Assembly: GCA_029005135.1 (NCBI GenBank)
Contig: JAQXFO010000022.1
Coordinates: 2,589 to 66,588 of the forward strand
Length of the DNA stretch: 64,000 bases
Direction: 5' to 3'
Source: Lachnospiraceae bacterium
GTDB lineage: Bacteria; Bacillota; Clostridia; Lachnospirales; Lachnospiraceae
Each line of letters begins with the position of its first letter. Within the stretch, counting starts at the first letter, position 1. Positions 19,593 to 30,368 of the stretch are shown piece by piece. Under the pieces are notes generated by a model, which was not told the origin of the DNA, ran no database searches, and saw only the letters and a list, made by a program, of their open reading frames with translations. The position numbers and the translations under genes were made by a program.

Positions 19593-19651
19593 TGCTTCTT
19601 ATCATTTTCCGTGATAATTACCATCGCATTTTTCGATAATCCGGCTTCCCA

Positions 19652-19915
19652 TCATCGATGAGACGGCAGCTGAACCAGCAGGGTCACGACATCCCCGCGC
19701 ACTTCCGCGACGCCGCTGCCGACCTCGATGCGTGCCTCCGCCCCTTCGTGCCGGCAGAGGACCGTGCCCGCTGCCACCGCGCAGAGCATCGGCGCGTGAC
19801 CCGGCAGAATGCCCACCGTGCCGTCCGTCGACGGCAGGTTAATGTACGAGGCAGCGTCGTGATAAAGCTCACCGCTGCCTGTCATAATGATCAGTGTCAT
19901 AACATGACCGGCCAT
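19652..19915 (-). CDS. atpC: F1 ATP synthase subunit epsilon, short form (beta-sandwich only)
   Basis: INLPSTDGTVGILPGHAPMLCAV...IEVGSGVAEVRGDVVTLLV matches the epsilon N-terminal domain. ATG at 19915 has a GAGGG SD (an alternative ATG is at 19900). It stops after about 87 aa. Confidence 0.8.
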   Translation of the reverse strand: MAGHVMTLIIMTGSGELYHDAASYINLPSTDGTVGILPGHAPMLCAVAAGTVLCRHEGAEARIEVGSGVAEVRGDVVTLLVQLPSHR

Positions 19916-19920
19916 GGTTC

Positions 19921-21336
<1,416 letters not shown>

Positions 21337-22203
21337 TCACAACGGATGATCGGTCGATCTCAGTGCCGAAGCACCGCCGACGATCTCGGCGATCTCGGTT
21401 GTGATAGCCGCCTGACGGGCGTGATTCAGCGCCATTGTCAGTTCGCGGATCATGTCCTCGGTGTTGTCCGATGCCGCCGTCATGGCACGCATGCGGGCGT
21501 TATGCTCGCTGACCCGGCTCTCCAGCATCACGGCATGGATCCTGCTGCCGGTATACAGCTCCGTCAGGGCATCAATAAGCGCGGCCTTTCCCGGCTCATA
21601 GAGGCAGTCTGCCCCTTCGCCGCTGCTGCCTTCGGGAGGCATCACCGGCAGATAGACCTGAGAAGTCACCTGTTGGGTCAGCGCCGTCAGATACTTCTGA
21701 TAGATCAGTTCGATGCGGTCTGTCCTGCCTTCCCGGAAGCGCGTCTTAAGGAAATCCGCGACAACGGCGGCTTCCCCGGGCGTCGGGACATCGCTGAGCG
21801 TGTCAAAATAACGGATGATCGGCAGATTCGAAGCCCGCAGCATCTCCTGCCCCCAGGCGCCGCAGATGACGATCTCGGAATAGTCGTACCGGTGCGCCGT
21901 CAGATAAGCCATCAGATCCTGATTGTAGGAGCCGCACAGGCCGCGATTGCCCAGGAAAACGACGGCGGTCACCGTCCTGACCGCCGGGGGCTGTCTCAGG
22001 TAGGGATTATCCGTCTCCGGCTCTCCGGCCAGAAGAGAGGCCAGCATCTGTTCACTTTTTTCGGAAAATGCCGTCAGGGTGCCTCGCATTTTCTGGACTC
22101 GCCGCATCTTGGAAGCGGCAACCACCTTCATGGACGAGGTGATTTTGCGCGTCCCCTCAATGCTTCTGATCCGCGCCCGGATCGCACGCATACTTGAACT
22201 CAT
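21337..22203 (-). CDS. atpG: F1 ATP synthase subunit gamma
   Basis: MSSSMRAIRARIRSIEGTRKITSSMKVVAASKMRR and the C-terminal ITTEIAEIVGGASAL are canonical gamma. Confidence 0.93.
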   Translation of the reverse strand: MSSSMRAIRARIRSIEGTRKITSSMKVVAASKMRRVQKMRGTLTAFSEKSEQMLASLLAGEPETDNPYLRQPPAVRTVTAVVFLGNRGLCGSYNQDLMAYLTAHRYDYSEIVICGAWGQEMLRASNLPIIRYFDTLSDVPTPGEAAVVADFLKTRFREGRTDRIELIYQKYLTALTQQVTSQVYLPVMPPEGSSGEGADCLYEPGKAALIDALTELYTGSRIHAVMLESRVSEHNARMRAMTAASDNTEDMIRELTMALNHARQAAITTEIAEIVGGASALRSTDHPL

Positions 22204-22216
22204 CGCTGCTCCTTAA

Positions 22217-24451
22217 TCACATCCTGTGAGCTGACAGGAAGTCCCGGGTGTACGCTTCGATATGGGATCTCAAAGCCGCAAGCACCGTCTCGGACAGCTT
22301 TTTGCCGCTCATAACGGCCGCTGTGAGATCCGGCATGGCGGTGTGAACATAGGGCAGCAGGCCCTTTTCGTAGTCCGCCGCATCCTTCAGTGCCACCGCA
22401 TCAACATAGCCCTGACCGGCCGCATAAAGGATAATGACCTGGTCGGCGGCAGACATCGGATGGAACTGGGGCTGCTTGAGGATCTCTGTCATCTTCTCGC
22501 CGCGGTTCAGTGTTTCACGGGTCGTTTTGTCAAGATCGGAACCGAACTGCGAGAAGGCAGCCAATTCACGATACTGGGCCAGCTCCATGCGCAGACGGCC
22601 GGCCACCTGTTTGACCGCCCCCAGCTGAGCGGCGCCGCCGACACGGGAGACCGACAGACCGACGTTGACAGCCGGCCGGACACCGCTGTTGAAAAGCTCA
22701 CTCTCAAGGAAGATCTGACCGTCGGTGATGGAGATCACATTCGTCGGAATATAGGCGGAAATATCACCGTCCTGAGTCTCGATGATCGGCAGGGCCGTCA
22801 TGGAGCCGCCGCCCTTTTCATCACTTAAACGGGCCGCTCTCTCAAGAAGACGGGAATGGACATAGAAAATATCGCCCGGATAAGCCTCACGCCCCGGCGG
22901 ACGCTGCAGAAGCAGCGAGATCTCACGGTAGGCCACTGCCTGCTTGGACAGGTCGTCGTAGACGATCAGCACATCCCGGCCGCTGTACATGAAATACTCA
23001 CCGATGGCGGCGCCGGTATAGGGTGCCAGATAAAGCATCGGCGCGGCTTCAGAGGCATTGGCGGCCACAATGACGGTGTAGTCCATGGCGCCGGCCGCCT
23101 CCAGCCGGCTGACAAAGCCGGCCACGGTGGATTCCTTCTGGCCGATGGCAACATAAACACAGATAACGCCGGTGTCCTTCTGATTGATGATGGCATCAAG
23201 GGCGATGGCGGTCTTGCCTGTCTGGCGGTCACCGATGATCAGCTCGCGCTGTCCGCGTCCGATAGGCACCAGGGCATCCACCGCCTTCAGACCGGTCTGC
23301 AGAGGCACGGTCACGGGCTGACGCTCCAGCACACCGGGCGCCGGACTTTCGATCGGTCTGTGTTCGGTCGTCCGGATGATGCCTTTGTCATCGATGGGAC
23401 GACCGAGGGTATCGACGACACGGCCAATCAGAGCCTCGCCGACCGGAACCTCGATGATGCGGCCGGTACGACGGACTTCATCGCCCTCCTCGATGGCATC
23501 AGGATTATCCAGAAGCATGACACCGGAGGTGCCGTCGAGAAGATCCATCCCCATACCGATGCTGCCGTTAGGGAAGGTCATCATCTCACCGTACATCAGG
23601 CGCTTAAGACCTCTGACATGGGCAATGCCGTCCCGCAGGGTGTCCACATAACCGGCCTCGTAGACAGCCATGCGTCGGCGGCTCCCGTTGATCGTCTCTG
23701 TCAGGGCTTCCTGGAAATCGCCGCCGGTCATACCGTCTGTAAGAATCTCACGGCGGATACGTTCCAGATTGTTTCTGACCGTCGTGTCATAGACCCAGTC
23801 ATCCATTTCAAGGCGGATGCCGCCGATAAGAGCGGGATCTTCACCGATATCATACGAAACCGCCGCCTCGCCGGCGGCAGCGGATGCGGCTGTTTTGATA
23901 AGCGCCAGATCCTCATCGGCAAGGGGACGGGCACAGCGGACCCGGACCGAAACCTTCCGGCCGGTGCAGGGTTTGATGACGCCGCCCAGCATAAGGGCAA
24001 ACTCATGGTTCATGGCCTGAAGCGCCGCCTCTGCGGACGGTGCCGTAAGCTTCTCTTCCGCCGCGGCTATGATCTTATCGGCGGCAGCGGCGGCCAGTTT
24101 ACGGTTCAGCGTCTCCTTCAGCTTTTCTTTGTGGTAAGTGACCCGTTCCTCATAACCGGACACCTCCCGTGCCGTCTCCCTGTCATTATCCTCCCGGAGA
24201 AGGGCAAGGTCACGGCCGGCTTTGGCCCGAACGGCATCGAGTCTTTCCTGATTCTTCCGGCGGCGCTGCGGCGCATCGTCCAAAAGCGCTCTGGCGTCCG
24301 AAAGCGTCTGATCGGCCTCCTTCAGGCTCTGCGCGACTTTGTCGCGATAGGCACCGATCATTTTGCCGGCCAGCCTGCGCCCGATAAAATAAAGGGCTCC
24401 GGCCAGTATCGCAAAATTGATGAATGCCGCAAGCAGGCTCCATCCTTTCAT
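22217..24451 (-). CDS. atpA: fused ATP synthase subunit: b-type stalk + delta (OSCP) C-terminal domain + alpha
   Basis: Single 744-aa ORF. Residues 1-135 form a TM helix plus coiled coil like subunit b. Residues about 160-237 ([22 protein letters not shown]...[32 protein letters not shown]) match the delta C-terminal domain. Residues 241-744 are a full alpha subunit ([16 protein letters not shown]-loop). There is no separate atpH in the operon. Confidence 0.9.
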   Translation of the reverse strand: MKGWSLLAAFINFAILAGALYFIGRRLAGKMIGAYRDKVAQSLKEADQTLSDARALLDDAPQRRRKNQERLDAVRAKAGRDLALLREDNDRETAREVSGYEERVTYHKEKLKETLNRKLAAAAADKIIAAAEEKLTAPSAEAALQAMNHEFALMLGGVIKPCTGRKVSVRVRCARPLADEDLALIKTAASAAAGEAAVSYDIGEDPALIGGIRLEMDDWVYDTTVRNNLERIRREILTDGMTGGDFQEALTETINGSRRRMAVYEAGYVDTLRDGIAHVRGLKRLMYGEMMTFPNGSIGMGMDLLDGTSGVMLLDNPDAIEEGDEVRRTGRIIEVPVGEALIGRVVDTLGRPIDDKGIIRTTEHRPIESPAPGVLERQPVTVPLQTGLKAVDALVPIGRGQRELIIGDRQTGKTAIALDAIINQKDTGVICVYVAIGQKESTVAGFVSRLEAAGAMDYTVIVAANASEAAPMLYLAPYTGAAIGEYFMYSGRDVLIVYDDLSKQAVAYREISLLLQRPPGREAYPGDIFYVHSRLLERAARLSDEKGGGSMTALPIIETQDGDISAYIPTNVISITDGQIFLESELFNSGVRPAVNVGLSVSRVGGAAQLGAVKQVAGRLRMELAQYRELAAFSQFGSDLDKTTRETLNRGEKMTEILKQPQFHPMSAADQVIILYAAGQGYVDAVALKDAADYEKGLLPYVHTAMPDLTAAVMSGKKLSETVLAALRSHIEAYTRDFLSAHRM

Positions 24452-24502
24452 GTCCTGTCAGGCTCCTTCCTGATAATCTGCGTAAAACTCTTCCGCCCCG
24501 CC

Positions 24503-24934
24503 TCAGCCGGCCGCGGCGTCAAGCATGCGTGAGGCCAGAACCGAGGCCAGTTCATCGGCAGACGCCTCCAGACGGCGTCCGGCGTTCTCCCCGGCCAGGC
24601 GCATCGCCTCATCGGCCTCTTCTCGTTTCTCAAGACTCCGCCGGCGTGCATCGGATACCGCCTTCTCCAGAGCCTCACGATGATCCCTGGCGGCCGCGTC
24701 GATGGCCTGACCTGCTTCGATGCGGGAGGCTCTGACAGCGTCATCCGCCGCCTTTTCCTCTTCATCCACAGACCGACGGAGGGCCTCGGCCTCACGGCGG
24801 AGACCGTCGATCTTCTCACGGCGCTTATCCATCACGCCGAGGATCGGCTTGAAGAGCAGGCGGTTCAGAAGAAAAAGAAGGATCAGGAAGTTGATCACTG
24901 TCCAGATGACTTCCGAAATGTTGATCGTTAACAA
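24503..24934 (-). CDS. atpF: Fo ATP synthase subunit b
   Basis: TM helix VIWTVINFLILLFLLNRLLFKPILGVMDKRREKI plus a charged coiled coil. TTG start with AAGGAGAG SD. Confidence 0.85.
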   Translation of the reverse strand: MLTINISEVIWTVINFLILLFLLNRLLFKPILGVMDKRREKIDGLRREAEALRRSVDEEEKAADDAVRASRIEAGQAIDAAARDHREALEKAVSDARRRSLEKREEADEAMRLAGENAGRRLEASADELASVLASRMLDAAAG

Positions 24935-24960
24935 GGTTTCTCTCCTTTTGCGGCAGCGGG

Positions 24961-25191
24961 TCAGATCTTGCCGACCAGCATGAAGGCGATCAGAAGGCCA
25001 TAGATCGTCAGGGCCTCCATAAGGCCCAGGGCCAGGATCATCGATGTACGGATGGCACCGGCTGCCTCCGGCTGTCGGGCGATGGCATCCATCGCATGAG
25101 AAGCGGCAAGGCCCTGACCGATGGCCGGACCGAGGGTGCTGACAGCCATGGTGATGGCGGCGGCAATGGCGATAATTGCGGATGAATCCAT
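24961..25191 (-). CDS. atpE: Fo ATP synthase subunit c
   Basis: 76-aa hairpin. ARQPEA loop and carboxylate motif LMEALTIYGLL. Confidence 0.94.
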   Translation of the reverse strand: MDSSAIIAIAAAITMAVSTLGPAIGQGLAASHAMDAIARQPEAAGAIRTSMILALGLMEALTIYGLLIAFMLVGKI

Positions 25192-25224
25192 AGTTTTTTC
25201 CTCCTAAATATGTGTTCGCGTGGA

Positions 25225-25941
25225 TTATTCTTCTTCCTCGATAGCTTCACTGACGTAGATCGAGAAAAGCATCGTAAAAACAAGGGCCTGGATGGCGCAG
25301 AACAGAAGGCTGAGCACCATCATGATCAGCGGTGCGCCGATCGGGAACAGGTTATAGAGATTGGATGTGACACTCTCTTCGCCGTACATATTGCCGAACA
25401 GTCGCAGTGCCAGGGAAAACGGTCTGACGATCTGTTCGATCAGCGTCAGCGGCAGCAAAAGGGCCACGGGCTTTAAAAATGATTTCAGATAGGCCTTAAG
25501 TCCCTTTTCCCGAATGCCCAGCGCATGGGTGAAGACAAAGGTCAGAATAGCCAGAGCTGCCGTCACGGACAGCGAAGCCGTCGGCACGGCAAAGCCTTCG
25601 ACATGGCCGGCGCCGGGCAGGATGCCCAGATAATTACTGACGATGATGAAAATAAAAAACGTGGCAAAGATCGGAAAATACCGCCGGGCGTGCTTTGCCC
25701 CGAGCAGACCGGAAAAGTAATTGACCAGCCCGCCGACAGCCATCTCGGCTGCCGCCTGTACCGGCCCCGGCTCCTCTTTGAGTCTGCGGGTCGCCAGCAC
25801 TGAGATCACAGCCAGCAGAAGTATAACGGCCCAGGTGGTGATCACCGGACCGGTGACCTCCAGGGGTCCGATCGAAAAAATGGCTCCGGATACCTCTTCC
25901 AAACCAACCTCCCCGCCAGAAGTTTCTGACGTATTCAGCAT
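25225..25941 (-). CDS. atpB: Fo ATP synthase subunit a
   Basis: Conserved LSLALRLFGNMYGEE (essential Arg). The ATG at 25941 has no SD. An in-frame TTG at 25902 has GGAGG 5 nt upstream and may be the true start. Confidence 0.88.
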   Translation of the reverse strand: MLNTSETSGGEVGLEEVSGAIFSIGPLEVTGPVITTWAVILLLAVISVLATRRLKEEPGPVQAAAEMAVGGLVNYFSGLLGAKHARRYFPIFATFFIFIIVSNYLGILPGAGHVEGFAVPTASLSVTAALAILTFVFTHALGIREKGLKAYLKSFLKPVALLLPLTLIEQIVRPFSLALRLFGNMYGEESVTSNLYNLFPIGAPLIMMVLSLLFCAIQALVFTMLFSIYVSEAIEEEE

Positions 25942-25965
25942 TTTTTAAAACAAAATTTAAAACAA

Positions 25966-25995
25966 AACGGCCGGCGCCTTTCGACGCCAACCGTT
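25966..25995 (-). terminator. hairpin terminator upstream of the atp operon, abutting a TGtTATAAT extended -10 box (26004-25996)
   Basis: Minus RNA forms AACGGUUGGCG-UCGAAAGG-CGCCGGCCGUU (11 bp including 2 G.U) followed by UUGUUUUAAAUUUUGUUUU. Confidence 0.5.
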
Positions 25996-26025
25996 ATTAT
26001 AACAGATTATTGCCGACAATAACAT

Positions 26026-26709
26026 TTATGACAGCACTTCAAAGCTGCCGGCGATCGTATCGAAGACAGCCTCCTCCGATCCGGCTCCGGCATTGCTCGT
26101 CCAGCAGCAGATCTGGTAAAAAGCCGTCTCGGTCTCCGCCGTGTACAGCGTATAAGCCACACGCCCGGCCTGGCTGTCAGCCGTAAACTGGGCAATATAG
26201 CCGCTAAGGCCGTCTCTGCCGAGGCTGATGGGCGTCAGCTGGCCCATCTGCACATCGGAGAACAGGCTGCTGGCCGTCATCCCCTGTACCAGGGTCTCGG
26301 TATAATCCCGGACATCCGACAGAATCGAACCTTCCCTGCTCTCGCAGCAGGCCAGAAGGAAGGCGGCTTCTTCCGGGCAGCCGGCCCGAAGGGGATAGGC
26401 CGCCTCAACGGAACCGTCGGTACTCATAAAGCCCGACATATCGCTCCAGTTATCTGGAAACTGAAGACGCATGCTCCCGTCGGCGCTGTCTATGGACTTT
26501 GTCAGCGTGATAACAGCCGCCTCCGCCCCGCTTTCGGGTTCACTGTCGGCCTGACTTTCCTCTGCCGGCAGACTGATGCCGCTCTCCGGCAGGCTCGTGT
26601 CCGAAACCGGTGTGCGGTCTGAGCCGCAGCCGGCCGTCAATAACGATGCCGCCAGAAGAAAACCGGCCAGAACGGATACGCTTTGGCGGCAGTATTTCCT
26701 GTATGTCAT
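26026..26709 (-). CDS. lipoprotein of unknown function
   Basis: Lipobox LLTAGCG after a hydrophobic signal, then an acidic Ser-rich linker. No recognised motif. Confidence 0.65.
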   Translation of the reverse strand: MTYRKYCRQSVSVLAGFLLAASLLTAGCGSDRTPVSDTSLPESGISLPAEESQADSEPESGAEAAVITLTKSIDSADGSMRLQFPDNWSDMSGFMSTDGSVEAAYPLRAGCPEEAAFLLACCESREGSILSDVRDYTETLVQGMTASSLFSDVQMGQLTPISLGRDGLSGYIAQFTADSQAGRVAYTLYTAETETAFYQICCWTSNAGAGSEEAVFDTIAGSFEVLS

Positions 26710-26712
26710 GAA

Positions 26713-27993
26713 TTACTGTTCTCTGTAAATGATATCCTGGCGTCCCGGGCCATTGCTGACCATCGTGATCGGGAAGCCGATCTTCTCTTCAATAAACTCC
26801 ACATAACGGCGGCAGTTTTCCGGCAGCTCGTCATAGTTCCGAATGCCGCGGATATCGCACTTCCAGCCCGGCAGGACCTCGTAGACCGGTTTGGCCTTCT
26901 TGAGGAGGGCCGTCGTCGGGAATTCTGTTGTCACCGTGCCGTCGATCTCGTAGCCGACGCAGACGGGGATTTCATCCAGATAGCTCAGCGGATCAAGGAC
27001 GGTAAGAACGACTTCCGTCGCTCCCTGCAGGCGGCAGCCGTATTTGGAAGCCACGGCATCGTACCAGCCCACACGGCGCGGACGGCCGGTGGTGGCACCG
27101 TATTCGCCCTTGTCACCGCCGCGTTTTCTCAGTTCCTCGGCCTCGTCGCCGAAGATCTCGGAGACGAATTCACCGGCGCCGACAGCGCTGGAATACGCTT
27201 TCGTCACCGCCACGATGCGCCTGATCTCATAGGGCGGCACGCCGGCACCGACGGCACCATAGGAAGCCAGTGTGGAGCTTGAGGTGACCATCGGATAAAT
27301 ACCGTGATCCGGATCCTTCATCGTCCCCAGCTGGCCTTCCAGAAGGACATTCTTGCCTTCCTTAAGGGCATTCCACAGATACAGAGAAACATCGTCCACA
27401 TAGGGGGCGAGCATTTCCTTATAGCCGCGCAGCTCTTCCATGATATCGTCCGGGTTCAGCAGGGGCTTGTGGTACAGGTGCTCAAGCAGGACATTCTTCT
27501 TCTCGCAGATACCCTCCACCTTCTCGCGCAGGGCTTCCATATCCTCCAGTTCGCTGACCTGAATGCCGATCTTGGCGTATTTGTCGGAATAGAAGGGCGC
27601 GATGCCGGATTTCGTAGAACCGAAGGCCTTGCCGGACAGTCTGGCTTCTTCATACTCATCGAACAGGATATGATAGGACATGACGATCTGGGCACGGTTG
27701 GAAATCTTGATCTTCGGCTGCGGAACGCCCTGGCTGACGATCTCATTGATCTCACTGATGACCTTAGGCACATTCAGGGCAACACCGTTGCCGATGACAC
27801 TGGTGGTGTGATCGTAAAACACACCGGACGGCAGGGTGTGCAGCGCAAATCTGCCGTAATTGTTGACAATGGTGTGGCCGGCATTGGCTCCGCCCTGAAA
27901 GCGGACGATGATATCGGCCTTTTCGGCCAGCATATCCGTGATCTTACCCTTGCCTTCATCACCCCAGTTAGCTCCAACGATAGCTGTGACCAT
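26713..27993 (-). CDS. purA: adenylosuccinate synthase
   Basis: MVTAIVGANWGDEGKGKITD P-loop, GGANAGHT and TTGRPRRVGWYD. Confidence 0.97.
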   Translation of the reverse strand: MVTAIVGANWGDEGKGKITDMLAEKADIIVRFQGGANAGHTIVNNYGRFALHTLPSGVFYDHTTSVIGNGVALNVPKVISEINEIVSQGVPQPKIKISNRAQIVMSYHILFDEYEEARLSGKAFGSTKSGIAPFYSDKYAKIGIQVSELEDMEALREKVEGICEKKNVLLEHLYHKPLLNPDDIMEELRGYKEMLAPYVDDVSLYLWNALKEGKNVLLEGQLGTMKDPDHGIYPMVTSSSTLASYGAVGAGVPPYEIRRIVAVTKAYSSAVGAGEFVSEIFGDEAEELRKRGGDKGEYGATTGRPRRVGWYDAVASKYGCRLQGATEVVLTVLDPLSYLDEIPVCVGYEIDGTVTTEFPTTALLKKAKPVYEVLPGWKCDIRGIRNYDELPENCRRYVEFIEEKIGFPITMVSNGPGRQDIIYREQ

Positions 27994-28040
27994 GACGATC
28001 CTCCTTAAGTAAAGTCTCTGATAATCGAAACACTTTTATA

Positions 28041-29474
28041 TTATACCGTGATATCCGCTGTCATGCCCAGTTCTTTTTCATGGGCTTCAAGAACCGGTCT
28101 GACAACCGTATCGAGATAGCGCGCCGTCTGCTCCGGCGCCCGGCCCACGTAACGCTGCGGGTCGGCAGCCGCCTCCAGCGCTTCCTTTGTCATGCCGAAG
28201 GCCGGGTCGGCGGCAATCAGATCAAAGAGGTTGTTGTCACCGCCCTCTTCCTTAACAACACGTCCCGCCTGCATGGACAGCCGGCGGATCTTTTCGTGAA
28301 GTTCCTGCCGGTCACCTCCGGCTTTGACGGCATCCATCATGATGTTTTCCGTCATCATGAAAGGAAGCTCCGCTCTCAGATGCTTCTCAATAACCTTCGG
28401 GTAGACCACCAGGCCGCCGGTAACATTGAGAAGAAGATCAAGAACACCATCGATTGTCAGGAATCCTTCCGCCACGGAAAAACGGCGATTGGCCGAATCG
28501 TCCAGGGTTCTCTCAAGCCACTGGGACGAAGAGGTCATCTCACTGTTCAGGATATCGGTCATCACATAGCGTGACAGGCCGGCGATGCGCTCACAGCGCA
28601 TCGGATTGCGCTTGTAGGCCATGGCCGATGACCCGATCTGATTTTTTTCAAAGGGCTCTTCGATCTCCTTTTCATGCTGAAGGAGACGAATGTCCCCGGC
28701 AAACTTAGTAGCACTGGCGGCAATACCGGCCAGAACACCGAGAACCCGGGTATCGACCTTGCGGGAGTAGGTCTGACCCGATACCGGCACGCAGCCTTCA
28801 AACCCCATCTTGTCGGCAATCCGCTGATCCAGCCTTTCGCATCTGTCGTGATCGCCGGCAAAAAGCTCCAGGAAAGAAGCCTGGGTACCCGTCGTACCCT
28901 TGGAGCCCAGCAGCTTCAGAGAATCCCGGACATAATTCAGATCCTCCAGATCCATCATAAATTCATTGATCCAGAGCGTCGCCCGTTTTCCCACCGTCGT
29001 CGGCTGAGCCGGCTGAAAATGCGTATAGGCCAGACAGGGCAGGGACTTATAGGTATCCGCGAAATCTGCCAGCTGAGCAATCACGCTGAGAAGCTTGCCT
29101 CTGACAAGATCCAGGGCTTCCCGCATGACGATGACATCGGTATTGTCACCGACATAGCAGCTGGTCGCGCCGAGATGGATGATGCCTTTCGCCTTCGGGC
29201 ACTGCAGGCCATAGGCATAGACATGGGACATGACATCATGGCGGACCACCTTCTCGCGTGCCGCCGCTTCCTCGTAATTGATGTCGTCGGCATGACTCTT
29301 CATCTCTTCGATCTGCTCATCGGTGATAGGCAGTCCCAGTTCCTTTTCCGTCTCGGCCAAAGCGATCCAGAGACGGCGCCAGGTGCGGAATTTCTTCTCC
29401 GCCGAGAACAGATACTGCATCTCCTTAGAGGCATAGCGGCCCGAAAGCGGGCTGACATAGCGGTTTTCGTTCAC
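28041..29474 (-). CDS. purB: adenylosuccinate lyase
   Basis: Fumarate-lyase signature GSSAMAYKRNP. N-terminus YVSPLSGRYASKEM. There is no Met upstream. The GTG at 29474 is preceded by GGAAAGGAAAAA. The track's extension to 29744 overlaps the ABC ATPase gene. Confidence 0.92.
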   Translation of the reverse strand: MNENRYVSPLSGRYASKEMQYLFSAEKKFRTWRRLWIALAETEKELGLPITDEQIEEMKSHADDINYEEAAAREKVVRHDVMSHVYAYGLQCPKAKGIIHLGATSCYVGDNTDVIVMREALDLVRGKLLSVIAQLADFADTYKSLPCLAYTHFQPAQPTTVGKRATLWINEFMMDLEDLNYVRDSLKLLGSKGTTGTQASFLELFAGDHDRCERLDQRIADKMGFEGCVPVSGQTYSRKVDTRVLGVLAGIAASATKFAGDIRLLQHEKEIEEPFEKNQIGSSAMAYKRNPMRCERIAGLSRYVMTDILNSEMTSSSQWLERTLDDSANRRFSVAEGFLTIDGVLDLLLNVTGGLVVYPKVIEKHLRAELPFMMTENIMMDAVKAGGDRQELHEKIRRLSMQAGRVVKEEGGDNNLFDLIAADPAFGMTKEALEAAADPQRYVGRAPEQTARYLDTVVRPVLEAHEKELGMTADITV

Positions 29475-29601
29475 GTTATTTTTCCTTTCCGACCGGCAGC
29501 ACACCGGTCGCCGGAGACATTTTACACCATGCCTGCCTCTTCGGCAAGCATGGTGCTGTAATTTACGCAAGATGGCATCAGGCGCTCCCGGAGACCTTCT
29601 C

Positions 29602-30357
29602 TCAGCCTTCGTAGCGACCGAGGAAATCATTGATGCGCTTGTTGCCGGAATCGAAGACCTCCGCCGGCGTGCCGGATACCGCGATCTCACCCTCATCCAT
29701 GAAAATGATGCGGTCGGAAATGTTGCGGGCAAACTGCATCTCATGGGTAACGATCACCATGGTGATATGCATCTCGGCCAGGCTCTTGATGACCCGCAGG
29801 ACCTCGGCTGTCAGTTCGGGATCGAGGGCTGACGTCGGTTCGTCAAAGAAGAGCACCTTCGGATTGAGCGCCAGCGCCCGGGCAATGGCCACACGCTGAC
29901 ACTGGCCGCCGGACAGCTGATACGGATAGAAATCGGCCCTGTCCGCCAGGCCCATGCGGTCCAGAAGCTCCCGGGCCTTCTGTTCGGCACTCCGGGGATC
30001 CTCCTTCCAGATATGGATCGGCGCATCGGTGATGTTCTGCATCACCGACCGGTGAGGAAAGAGATTGAAATTCTGAAAAACCATGCCGAAATAGCTGCGG
30101 ATGCGTTTCAGGTCAGCCCCTGTGGGACTGATCAGACGGCCGTCCTCGACGCGGGCGGCACTTTCACCCAGATATCGGATCTCTCCGGCATCAATGGTCT
30201 CGAGAAGCGTGGCACAGCGCAGGATTGTGGTTTTACCCGAACCGCTGCGACCGATGATCGACAGTATCTCACCCTCATTGACCCGGATCGAGATATCCTT
30301 GAGAACCTCATGGCTGCCGAAGCTTTTCCTGATATTGTTGATTTCCAGTAAACTCAT
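29602..30357 (-). CDS. polar amino acid ABC transporter ATP-binding protein
   Basis: GRSGSGKTT Walker [16 protein letters not shown] and [11 protein letters not shown]. Confidence 0.92.
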   Translation of the reverse strand: MSLLEINNIRKSFGSHEVLKDISIRVNEGEILSIIGRSGSGKTTILRCATLLETIDAGEIRYLGESAARVEDGRLISPTGADLKRIRSYFGMVFQNFNLFPHRSVMQNITDAPIHIWKEDPRSAEQKARELLDRMGLADRADFYPYQLSGGQCQRVAIARALALNPKVLFFDEPTSALDPELTAEVLRVIKSLAEMHITMVIVTHEMQFARNISDRIIFMDEGEIAVSGTPAEVFDSGNKRINDFLGRYEG

Positions 30358-30368
30358 GGCCGCCCCCT

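Noticed and set aside
22856-24532. 558-aa plus-strand ORF antisense to the fused atpA, and similar ORFs opposite atpD (20092..21309) and atpG (21328..22197)
   Set aside because: These are shadow ORFs opposite highly conserved ATP synthase genes. They have no independent signals.
24961-25191. Possible Na+-coupled c-ring
   Set aside because: Gln in helix 1 and Tyr at +5 are present. However, the residues after the carboxylate are Ala-Leu (MEALTIYGL), not the Ser/Thr-Thr of Na+ binders (AESTGIY in Ilyobacter). MEALTIYGL is the proton-type motif also seen in cyanobacterial and chloroplast c subunits.
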